Source: Lytechinus pictus (taxonomy: Eukaryota). From it: a stretch of 64,000 bases of DNA. The stretch lies in NCBI RefSeq assembly GCF_037042905.1, contig NC_087251.1, positions 5,396,001 to 5,460,000 on the forward strand, given 5' to 3'. The first letter of the stretch is position 1, and every line of letters starts with the position of its first letter. Shown here one piece after another: positions 54,801 through 64,000 of the stretch. A program made the translations under genes and the position numbers. The notes under the pieces are model-generated. The model ran no database searches. It was not told the origin of the DNA and saw only the letters and a list, made by a program, of their open reading frames with translations.

Positions 54801-55674
54801 TTTGACCATCTACTACATTTCCACCGAATCTTACCGGTCGGGTTGAGTAGGTATCAATTGTTTGTTGAATAACACCTTTAATCAGTTCTATATAAATATC
54901 ATCTTTTAACAATGAATTGTTAAATTTCCAGTAACTCGGTCCTGTCTTACAATGATTTAGATTCAATGATAACTTCACCAACGAATGATCAGTTCTGTAT
55001 CCTGGTAGAATTTCTATTCTGTTAACAAGAGACATTAATTCATGAGATACAAGAAAATAATCCAATCTGGCTGCCTTAAATGGAGTGGGTTGGCGCCATG
55101 TAAATATCTTTTCATGTTCATGTAATTCTCTCCATGGATCCACCAGGCTTAAGTTAGTTTTCATTTCATCAACTCTTTTCTTTGCGTTTGGATTATTCAA
55201 ACGAACATAATTAAATGTGTCTTTATCAAAATTTTGGACCAAATTCCAATCACCACAAAAAATTGTTAAAGGGTTTTCAAATTCTAATGCAACATTTTCA
55301 ACATCTGAATAAAAGTTAACATTGTCTTGGTTAGGGCCATATAGAGATATCAATGTTATATTATAATCATATATCTTAAGATCTAAAGCAACAAAATTCC
55401 CTTCGGTTGACCTTTTGATTTGATTTATATTAAAAATAACACCCTCCGCAAAGAGAATGGCTACACCTCTAGCATTAGACGTCTTATGACTAAAAAAACA
55501 ATTATCTCCCCAAATAGTTTTTATTGAAACTTCTTCTTCACCTACAAAATGAGTGTCCTGCAAGCAGCAGATATGAAACTTTTTTGCCTTAATATATTCT
55601 AAGACATCATTTCTTTTTTTACTATTTCCTAAACCTCGACAGTTCAAAGAAATTATACTGAAACTACCCATCAT
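51877..55674 (-). CDS. L1/Tx1 ORF2: APE endonuclease, reverse transcriptase, C-terminal CCHC
   Basis: 1265 aa uninterrupted. EN motifs SLNCRGL, LQDTH, GDWN, RLDY, TDH. RT motifs KSPGLDG, WRPISLLN, DFEKAFD, GCRQGDPLSP, QYADD, YLG. C-terminal CTFC-x8-HLLCEC. Confidence 0.97.
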   Translation of the reverse strand: MMGSFSIISLNCRGLGNSKKRNDVLEYIKAKKFHICCLQDTHFVGEEEVSIKTIWGDNCFFSHKTSNARGVAILFAEGVIFNINQIKRSTEGNFVALDLKIYDYNITLISLYGPNQDNVNFYSDVENVALEFENPLTIFCGDWNLVQNFDKDTFNYVRLNNPNAKKRVDEMKTNLSLVDPWRELHEHEKIFTWRQPTPFKAARLDYFLVSHELMSLVNRIEILPGYRTDHSLVKLSLNLNHCKTGPSYWKFNNSLLKDDIYIELIKGVIQQTIDTYSTRPVRFGGNVVDGQNPWYEFNVSDQLFFDTLLTVVRGETISYAAAKKKKTVNLENDLEKEIVNLEKNLVLNTNIERELTVLNEKKAQLESLRKENNEEIKMRSRTKWMEFGEKPSKYFLNLEKKNVVNKRICKLITNENKEVTTHEDITSEIVSFYSQLYERHPVMNIDLNAMINKDELNKLTNAMSRNLEGELSTDEVYYALTNMKNNKSPGLDGFTVEFFKHFWKEIHIFLVRYLNSSFLSGMPYIQKLGVITLIPKGSKDRHYLKNWRPISLLNVVYKIGSTCIANRLKNVLPLLIHENQKGFMSGRFIGENIRLLYDILLYTELNDIPGLLLIIDFEKAFDSISHDFIRNVLHFFKFGPTIVKWFDVFYENAQSCVLINGHLSPRFSIERGCRQGDPLSPYIFLLCAEILGVLFRQSTSIDGLRMPSGKCHKILQYADDTLLTLNGSERELSSAFDILEKYKTISGLTVNITKTHAIWIGGYKNKKDCILVNRNLNWVFDEYFRYLGIDFCTDLQKMTLHNYNEKFKEIKSQMTSWLRRYLTVLGRVTVVKSLFVSKLNYLILSLPNPSELFLKDVNSQFHRFIWGEKPDKVSRNQMSQSYSEGGVKMIDINLHCQSLKISWMKKMINGSIDGNIICLLQSFLHKTQNLDLYMGNSYFFRLAHEIKNPFWKEMFLAYSTLLSMHCNDIPCQPLWNNDFIKIGNSSIHSRSLNNRGVRFVNDILDIHGNFLSLNDLKEKYNVQINFIFYRGLCDAIRDGFSNGTHFSKFQEPIIPDTIALVMKYNKGCSHIYTILKKKRKVECKSFLKWKCIFDMNDKQWQSYCSIGFSCTTDVNLRWFQFKIMQHILYTNEILFKINLAQQKECTFCNVHRETVTHLLCECTCIKHIWDRFEQWIFLKTGNRIFFSNKEKLFGLRGSSNYALNCLLIVIRQMIYTSRVKHQLPVFDNIKFALQNYFKNEKYIAESNCKMVKFTKKWFQLRAMFT

Positions 55675-56592
55675 ACATTGAATCTAGCATTGAGTTATGA
55701 ACAATAATTCCTGTGGAGGCTTTTTCAGTTTTTTTTAACACTGACAACACAAACACAAAACAACAAACAAAAACAAACATAAACACTTGACACACAAACA
55801 AGACAACACTAAACATGATTTCACGCGAAACGAACAAGGAAGACATGGCGCATACCATCGCGCCTAGGTCCTTATCCAGGCCTTCAATATTATGCCAAAG
55901 AATAGAAACTGAAATCCACTACTTTTTAGGCACTGTAAAAATGTCTGTACATTTCGTGCAAAATTTTTTTGTGCGCAAGGCAACCAGAAATAATCTACAT
56001 AAAACAACCAGTATGTGAGTAAACGAAGTATGCGTTATTAATACCAGGACTCTGTCATTCTTCATTATCAAAGATTATAAAGATTATTTAGTCAATTGAA
56101 TGCACAGCCTTGCATATACATAAAAGTCCTAGTTTTTTTTTTTTAACAGCATTTTTAAAAATATCATCCAATAAATAAAACCAACTTTCTGAAACCGTTA
56201 GTAGTCAGTAGATGTACTTATTTCTTATTTTCTCGCATACTTACTACTTTTCCATAGACATACAAATAACATTGGTGAGAACTATACCAGTTTACTTGAG
56301 CTACACGTTATTCATGTACTTTCTTTTATATTACTTTCTTTCATATTATTACAAAGTACCCCATAATAACAAAACCAAAAAAACCAAAAAACCCAAAACA
56401 TTAATAATAATAAAAGAAACTTTAAAGAACAGCCACAATTTTTTCATGTCAAATACATAACTGAAAAACTTAAAATCATTAGATCTTGAAAGGTTTAGCC
56501 AACTCTAAAGGCCTTAAAAAACATGAAATTAAAAATTTCTTCAAAGGTTAACCAAATCCTTATTTGACATCTCTATTATTTGGAGATGCATG

Positions 56593-56623
<31 letters not shown>

Positions 56624-57168
56624 TAAAAGCAGCAACTAAGTCTTTATCATCCATGCTATGAATAAAAGCCATGAGATAAAAACACTCAATTTTTTTTATT
56701 CGAGCAGTACAAAAGAAGCAGAAAGGATTTTTTTTTAAATGTTAATACTGGGTCTCATAAAACTAAAGTATTCTTTATGCCCTTTCCATTTTGGCACAAA
56801 ATCCCCGTACAAGTTCTATTCTATTTTTTCAAAAATATTTTGTTATCATCCAGGTAAATTGTTATCTTGTACTGGAAAATAGGCCTATTCATTTTGTTTC
56901 ATGTAATAGACAACAAAAACATTCCATTGCCCATCAGTTCATGTAGGCAAAAATAAAAAAACATGTGCTTATCTTTCTTTAGTATGACATGGAAAAAGCA
57001 ATGTATTAAGAACTTAAAAAATGAAAACTAAGCACTAGAAATGGAATGGATGTAGTCCAAAGTTAAATGAAGGTAATATAAACCGCTTGGGATGATTCTT
57101 TTTTTCAGGGAAGTCCGAAAGTAAAAAATATAATGATCTAAAACTTGATGATGAGTAAATCTGCAAAG

Positions 57169-58152
57169 CTAGCCATTCACAGTTTTCCATTCTGAGTGGA
57201 TTGAGCCCCTTTCTCTGGTTTGTAGATATAACTTGACTCCAATCAGCCTGATTCTAGTCGACTTATTTTCCTCTTTACGGATTCTGTAGGCCTCTTTCTC
57301 GAGTAGGTATCGATGCTTTTTCAATTGAGGAGGTAAATCTACGACGAATCTCCATGGGAAATGTTGTGACTGCGTAGGTGACTTGTCTCCTCTTCTTGAT
57401 GTCCATTGCTGGTAGGCGTTCAAGACCTTGTTTCGATCCATCATCGAGACAAATCTGATGATGACTGGTTCTGGCGATTGTTGGCTGCCGCCTTGAGCAC
57501 GGCGGGGTAGGCGGTGAGCATTACTGAGGAGTATATCTTGCTGAATACCCATTTCTTTGAAGACCTTTCCCACCACATCGACAATGTTCTCATCAGTTTC
57601 TCGTTTTGCCCCATATAGCAACAGATTCATTTTTCTATCGTAGATTTCAAGTGCACTAAGCTTCACATTCAAGTCAGACTCTACTCTTTGTGTTTCCTTT
57701 CGCATGCTTGGCAATGATTCATTTTCAATTTTGGTTAGCCTATCAGAAGAGTCAGTAGCAAAATTCTCTAAATCAGCTATTGATTTCTTAATGTCTATGA
57801 TCTCCTTTCTCAGAGAAGATACATTCAAGTTCATATTATCAATTTTGTCAATAATTGTGTTTGTGACCTTTAGAAATTCAGCATGACTCACCGGTTCGTT
57901 TTTTTCCGCCATATTTGATTCTTGCGTAGGCCTATCTCTATGTGAAGTTACGGGGTGGGCAAACGTCGCTTTTTCGGCGGTGTTTTCTGGTGTAATGCTG
58001 CCTGTAGATGGGGCGTCTGTGCGTATTTGGGGTGCGGGTGCACGTGGTCGAGTAGTTGAGTCCCTATTTGAGTCACCTTTATCACCTTTTTTTCCTTTTT
58101 TACGAAGAAAATATGGGTCACGTCCTGGATTATGCTTTGCAGAGTCACTCAT
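57169..58152 (-). CDS. L1/Tx1 ORF1 (coiled coil, RRM, CTD RNA-binding protein)
   Basis: 327 aa. Basic/disordered N-terminus, heptad-rich coiled coil, then LE..DRKMNLLLYG, NAHRL, PEPVIIRF and DLP motifs typical of L1-type ORF1p. Confidence 0.9.
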   Translation of the reverse strand: MSDSAKHNPGRDPYFLRKKGKKGDKGDSNRDSTTRPRAPAPQIRTDAPSTGSITPENTAEKATFAHPVTSHRDRPTQESNMAEKNEPVSHAEFLKVTNTIIDKIDNMNLNVSSLRKEIIDIKKSIADLENFATDSSDRLTKIENESLPSMRKETQRVESDLNVKLSALEIYDRKMNLLLYGAKRETDENIVDVVGKVFKEMGIQQDILLSNAHRLPRRAQGGSQQSPEPVIIRFVSMMDRNKVLNAYQQWTSRRGDKSPTQSQHFPWRFVVDLPPQLKKHRYLLEKEAYRIRKEENKSTRIRLIGVKLYLQTRERGSIHSEWKTVNG

Positions 58153-58909
58153 ACTAGATTATTTCCAAAGTTTGAGGCATATTACATCCTGAATTTGGGT
58201 CCTAGGCGAGATTTTCTAGTCAGAAGACAATGGGTTGCGGCCGTCCTCCATGACGTTGCGCGAGAAAAATTATGTTCATTTTGACTGCATGCATTGAAAC
58301 ACGTATGTACAAGTCACATACTTTATACTATTTTGTGGTGAAAAAGTTGATTGAGTTAATAATACCTGATCAATTAACATGTAGTATCTTGTCTTCAATA
58401 GAACAACAACAAAATGACCATTTCATATTACCCATGGATACCAATTCATTGCCTAGCAACGACTATTTTCCATAGCAACGACTATGTTAACACTCTTTTC
58501 CCTGGACAAATCTGTGGAAAAATGGTTTATTATGAGCAATAATACTGACACAATTATCATATAGATGCCTACAACCTCGTTTTCAATAATCATTCAACAA
58601 ACTGACTATTTTATAGCTTCCTTGGAGACAAAAGTGTTGCCTAGAAACAATATTCCCTAGCAACGGCTATGTTACCACTCTTCATCTCGGCCAAATGTGC
58701 TGAGGAAGTTGTGCCTTAGAGTAAAAATATTGAGAAAATTAACATGATAGTTTGTTATCGATAGGCAAACAGCATTCCGGAGTTGTACTATTATCTACTG
58801 ACACAATTTCATTGCCTAGCAACACTATTTACCTTAGCAACGATGTATTTTCCCCTTAAAAATCTTGAGGAAAATAATCCACTTTTAAGTGTGCAGTACC
58901 ATTTGTTAA

Positions 58910-59506
58910 AGGGATGGTCCAGGCTGAAAATATTTCTATCTAAATAAATAGGGTAACATTCACAGAGCTAAATGCTGAAAATTTCTTAAAAATCGGATAA
59001 CAAATAACAAAGTTATTGAATTTTAAAGTTTATCAATATTTTTAAAAACAGTTATATGCACATCGTCATGAATATTCATTAGGTGGGCTGATGATGTCAC
59101 ATCCCCACTTTCCTTTTTCTTATGTTAATACATGAAATCATAAATGTTTCATTATTTCATACATGCGTAAATGATGTGTCTGCATTATGATGAAATAAGT
59201 TACGGCAATAAATAACTAATGTACTTAATCAGTTGTCAATTGTTTTAGTTCTTGGTAGAACAATTTTGAATAAACCTAATTTCATATAATAAATTACAAA
59301 AGAAGAAGTGGGGATATGACATCATCAGCCCACCTAATAATATTCATAAAGACATACCTAGAACTGTTTCACCGGAATAATGCAAATCTTTAAAATTCAA
59401 TAACTTGTTATTTCTTATCCGATTTGGATCAAATTTTCACCATTTTGCTTTGTGAATTTTACTCTTTTAGTTGAGATATAGAGATTATCCAGCCTGGACC
59501 ATCCCT
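58910..59506. mobile_element. Kolobok-like MITE
   Basis: ttaa|agggatggtccaggctg ... cagcctggaccatccct|ttca. Long internal inverted symmetry (ttaggtgggctgatgatgtca / tgacatcatcagcccacctaa). Confidence 0.88.
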
Positions 59507-60299
59507 TTCAATAATATACCTACATGCATACTGGCAATGGTAAATTAAAGGACACCACTTCATTTCTCTTATTTCAAAAAAAAATCATTTATCCTTGTTT
59601 GTATATTGCTTGTCTACCAATTCTAAACAGTGCGATGAGCATGGCATTTAAACTTATCATATATAAAAGAGCAGCTTCAAAGAGAAAGTTAAATGTTGAA
59701 GATAAAAAGAGAATAATATGGTTTGGAGGATTCATAGCTGGGTACAAAACATTTTTTAGTGTGCTACAGTAGGTATAGCATTGATGATATAATAGAATGG
59801 ACAACACTACTCTTCAGGCACAGTCCCTGAATTTGATCATAAAGTGGGTCTTCACCTAAGGCTTATACAGATATTTTTTTTCAATTTCAGAGACGTCCTA
59901 TACTCAATTCAGTCATTTGCAGAGGCTTTTGGCTGCATATTCAGATCACTTTCCTCGAGTGAATATAGAATGGTTTACAAATGGATCTGTTTTGTCAAAT
60001 AATACCTAATCACCCATGCATGTCCAACTTCCAAGGTTGTGTCTGTGTGGAGGCTGTAGCCCAAAGATGCCCAAGTTGTGAGTTCGACAAGTTTCTGTTG
60101 AAACTTTAACGCAATGGCAAAAATAAGCTGCTGAAAACTGCTTATCTAATAAAAGAGAGCCAAAAACTTTAATACTATTACTAAGTGTCAGAAGTTTAAT
60201 CACAGGGAACTTATAATGTCACTTTCAATTTGATAACTGGCAAGAAATCAGAGGGATGAAAGTATGAAAACTTGGGATCTTAAGCCTTAATATGATGGT

Positions 60300-60498
60300 T
60301 GTTTACCTGATTACTAAGGAAGCATGAATGCTTGTAAGCAAACAACCAGAGGACCGACAGCTTAATGTCCTCTCCAAAACCATGGTAACATGGTAATGAG
60401 GATGCGCCCTACAAAAGAGCACTAATGTACCAAGTGGGAATCAAATCCAGGTCACCGGAATCCGAAACCCCCGCTCTATCGACTGAGCTATCATTCCT
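60300..60498 (-). mobile_element. tRNA-derived SINE
   Basis: Minus strand gatagctcagtcgatagagcgg (A box) ... ggatttgattcccac (degenerate B box), followed by non-tRNA body gagaggacattaagctgtcggtcct. Confidence 0.75.
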
Positions 60499-60689
60499 GA
60501 TTAGGCCAAGAAAAGGACAAGAAAACCATTAAAGATAGACAGGCTGACTAAATTGGGAGATGTTTTCTATGTATATATAAGTGTCATTATGTAATATGTC
60601 ATGATCTTTGCACACATCTATTGAGACAACCAGGGAGGGGTATACAAGAAAAGTCCCTAAATATGGAGAGGAGGCATATCAGCTTAAGT

Positions 60690-61795
60690 GGTCTTTGATG
60701 TTGTCCTTCAGGTATTTTCTGCTACAGCGATAGTGTCAGTGACTCGGCTGTTAAAAACTGATGCCCTAAATACTCAGTTTAAGAAAAGATGTCTGAAAGA
60801 AAAGACAAGGATTCCTCTCAACATGCATACATATGTAAAGGACATCGACAAAGCTTCGAGAAAAGCTTCGGGAAAAACAGGTACACATGCCACTATTGTA
60901 GGGCTTACACTAACGCTACTGTTCGTTCCATGGAGATTTAGATCATGCATACGCACTCCCAACATCCAGCAGTATCATCTGATAAATAGTGTAATCCCTT
61001 GAGTTAGCAACTACAAGAACTTGGGTGTTACAGTTTCTTCTGATCTGCGATGGAACAAGCATTGCCAATTCGTCCGGCAGAAAGCAAGTCGTACTCTTGA
61101 ACTCTTTCCTCCTGTACAAGAGATGTGAAGTCGAGGGCCTACACATCCTTAGTGCGCCCTCAACTAGAGTATGGCTGTGAGGCCTGGAATCCATACACAG
61201 TCACAGTCATGAGATCAGCAGCTCGCTTCGTGTACTCTGACTACAGGATTTCCACATCACCTTCATCTCTTGTGACGTCATTGGAATTGGATGCACTACA
61301 CACACGCCGAATCCATGCCCAATGTTCCCTCTTTCACAAAATCCACTACCATCATGTCTTCATAACTCTTCCACTTATCGTCACCCCAGCAACATTTTAT
61401 ACAAGACATGATCACAACTTGAAGTACATCATACCTGAAGCCACAGTCGACCCCTTCAAGTTCTCGTTCTATCCAAGAACGATAAGGAACTGGAACAACC
61501 TACCCAGCTCAGCTGCCAACACCAAAGGAATGTCCAGTTTCAAGGAGGCTGCTCTCCCTGCCATCAGAATGATGCAGCCCCCTGTTGGATCCCAAATGAT
61601 TTAAAGTCAAAAGCTTGGTTTTTACTTGCACTCAGCATAGCATGTTTTACTGTACATATACAAAATTGCTATGTATATCCATCACCATCTCTGCACTTCA
61701 TGATGCTCCTTCCAGTGGCTCACTTTATTCATCATCCCAGTATAGCTTCTGTATGAGCTGCCAAAGGCATCACTACATCAAGTATCAAGTAATGT
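60690..61795 (+). mobile_element. degraded CR1/L2-group LINE 3' fragment
   Basis: Frameshifted RT C-terminal motifs YKNLGVTVSSDLRWNKH (~61012), AYTSLVRPQLEYGCEAWNPY and FKFSFYPRTIRNWNNLP. Ends in a short tandem tail catcaagtatcaagta. Confidence 0.85.
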
Positions 61796-62194
61796 AAATC
61801 TTTAAAGACATCCATGGTATAATAAATATGTCTGAGAATATATCTAAAACTGATGTAATTGGGATGATACCCCTACAGTATTGCTAAAACATACTAATCT
61901 GTATTTGTAATGATGATTTGTTCATATAATAAGGCTGGAACATCTAAATTACAGCCATAATTTTGTATCACTGCTTGAATGGAGTGGGAAAACATTGAAC
62001 TGTGCAATAATCTCTAAAGTAATAATCAGTCATCAGTGTGCCAAAACGAACTCAGTGATGATCTGGCAAGTCTAACTCCTTACTGTGCTATAAATCATCT
62101 CTGAGCCAATCCAAAAAGACCCCCAAATTATAGTGTATTCCACCTTAAAAACAGAGAGCAGATCAAAAACTGAGGGTCAGTTGGTAACAAGCAA

Positions 62195-62800
62195 ACCTAC
62201 CTTGGCGTCATTCTAGACCTTTTTTTTCATAGAAAGAACATGCTGCCAAAACAAATGCAAAATTTGGAGCAAGGAATATCATTCTGAAGAAGCTGGGAGA
62301 CAGATGGGGAATTGACAGATGCCAAATCTTTCTGTACCACAGCTCTTGCTCTTTGCTTCTCCACTGCTGAGTACGCAGCCCTTGGTGCTATATTGACCCC
62401 AAGTCTTGAATGGAGCTTGCAGAGCCATCACTGGCTGCTTGCGACTAACAGAAGTGGGTAATCTTTACCTACTCTGTATTATTGCCCCACCGTACGTCAG
62501 AAGAGAAGTCATCAGCACAGATGAAAGAAAAAAACAATCAAGAACATAGTATTCCACTCGTCAACCATGAACCTGCCAAGAGACTCAAATCTAGAGACAG
62601 TTTTCTCCGCTCAACAGAATCCCTTGATGACTCTGCACGCATGAAAGCGTCACCCTCTGGTCTAACAATCTCCAGTCTGTGATGCACAATCTCACCTATG
62701 GACTTAGTACATCACTATCCAGGTCCAAGTGAAGAATGGCCTACCTGATCTTGTTTGAATCGCCAATGGGGCTACAATAGGGATGGAGAAACTACCTGCA
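62195..62800 (+). mobile_element. degraded I-group (Ingi/Vingi-like) LINE fragment
   Basis: Frameshifted motifs YLGVILD, TALALCFSTAEYAA, RAITGCL, IAPPYVRR and RLKSRDSF, which resemble the Vingi/Ingi RT C-terminal region. Confidence 0.65.
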
Positions 62801-64000
62801 ACTGTAAGGATGATCATAGGATACAACACTTTTGTGTCTGCTCCCTCCTACCAGAGCTATGAACTGCCACTGCCTTTGCCACTGCACGAGAGTCTTTTCA
62901 CAGGAAAGTTTCATGTAATTCTTGTACCATTAACAAGACATGATATCTTTAGTGACCTAAGAAGAAGTTTGTCATTAATTATCTTACTGGTAGAAGACAC
63001 CTATTTATGGTAATCTGACATTTGGGGAAAAAATGATTATTTGCTCAAGGGTTGTTGGATGGGGGAGGGGGCGGGGACTTAATTGGTTCCTGATGGGGTT
63101 GTCGGTTAGGCTAAAACTTTGCTGAAAATGTGCCTATATTCTGATTGTTAGTGTTTTAAGGTGAAAATTACAATTTGCCAGTGAATGAGCAAAGACATTC
63201 GATGCTAACAATCTTACCCCATATCTACATACCCCCAAAAGCCACCTTTTGGAGAGACAAACTCCTGCACACCTAGGCTCCCTTTGGTCATAGTATACTG
63301 CATGATTTTAAAGGGCAATATTTGCTCTGTGCCCATCTTCTCGGGTCACTACACAAGTCCTGTGTAGTAGAGGGATCAAGCAAGATCTGGCTTTTGGGTT
63401 GAACGACTCCAGATCTTTGGCAGCGCACGGCTCTGGTAGGGGGGGGGGGTGCAGACCAAAAGGTGATGCACTGTCTGATCCTCCCCTCAGTCGTAGATAG
63501 TGTCTGCATTCCTGCTGTAGCCCCGAACTGCATATTAAGGACTTTGCACCTTCCTGTTCCAGACCATAGGCGATTAAGACATAGTCAGGATGACCATTCG
63601 TCACTTGAACCTGGGGGCGTGATTCGCTAGGTCACATGGAAAGCTTTTGCGTCACAGACTGGAGGTGGTTTAACCATTATAGGGGGATCCTTTGACTGTG
63701 TGCATAGCCATCAAGGGATTCAGTCAAGTGAAACGAAGGATTCGAGTCTCTTTTTGGAAGGTTCATAGTTAAAGAGTGGAAGAAGGACATTTTTTTTTTT
63801 GCTTGTTTTTCCACCCATTCTGATACCTCTATGTGTGGGGGACTGTGCCACACAGTAGGTAAAGATCGTTTACTCTTTTGGTAGCGGACAGTCGGAAATT
63901 GCTCAGCAAGCAGCATTCAGGACTGGGTTAAACTTGAAGCATACAGCAGAGCTTTTGAACGGATGGTTTGGCATCTGCTCCCCATATCGTGTTAGCAAGC

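Larger units (their letters stand above)
51631..58268 (-). mobile_element. full-length L1/Tx1-type non-LTR retrotransposon (~6.6 kb)
   Basis: Short 5' UTR, ORF1, ~1.5-kb spacer, intact ORF2, 3' UTR with AATAAA and A10 tail (T-run 51630-51639). Possible short TSD attat (51626-51630 / 58269-58273). Confidence 0.92.

Noticed and set aside
60425..60498. Functional tRNA gene
   Set aside because: Degenerate B box, no clean acceptor stem, and it continues into a SINE body.

Overview
AT-rich, intron-containing eukaryotic DNA; the repeat repertoire suggests a marine invertebrate, probably a sea urchin (inference, no search run). The only clear host gene is the 5' part of a Cys-loop ligand-gated ion channel (nicotinic acetylcholine receptor-like) on the minus strand: three coding exons at 13077-13002, 4950-4802 and 1375-1331 splice in frame, and the gene continues off the left edge. 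The rest is dominated by transposable elements. These include many non-autonomous DNA transposons with readable TIRs and target-site duplications (TA, TTAA, AWT, 5-6 bp, 9 bp), a deeply nested cluster at 32-50 kb, a full-length L1/Tx1-type retrotransposon with both ORFs intact (51631-58268, minus strand), a tRNA-derived SINE and two decayed LINE fragments. The most notable observations are: (i) the Tx1 ORF2 is bracketed by complementary sequences, so its leader could pair with the extreme 3' UTR of the same RNA; (ii) a 3.2-kb element with TAT..ATA ends and a 6-bp TSD (IS3EU-like) has ~750-860 bp arms that copied part of a nested transposon; (iii) three copies of a composite 1.24-kb element each have an AWT TSD, and two sit next to promoter-like motif clusters.
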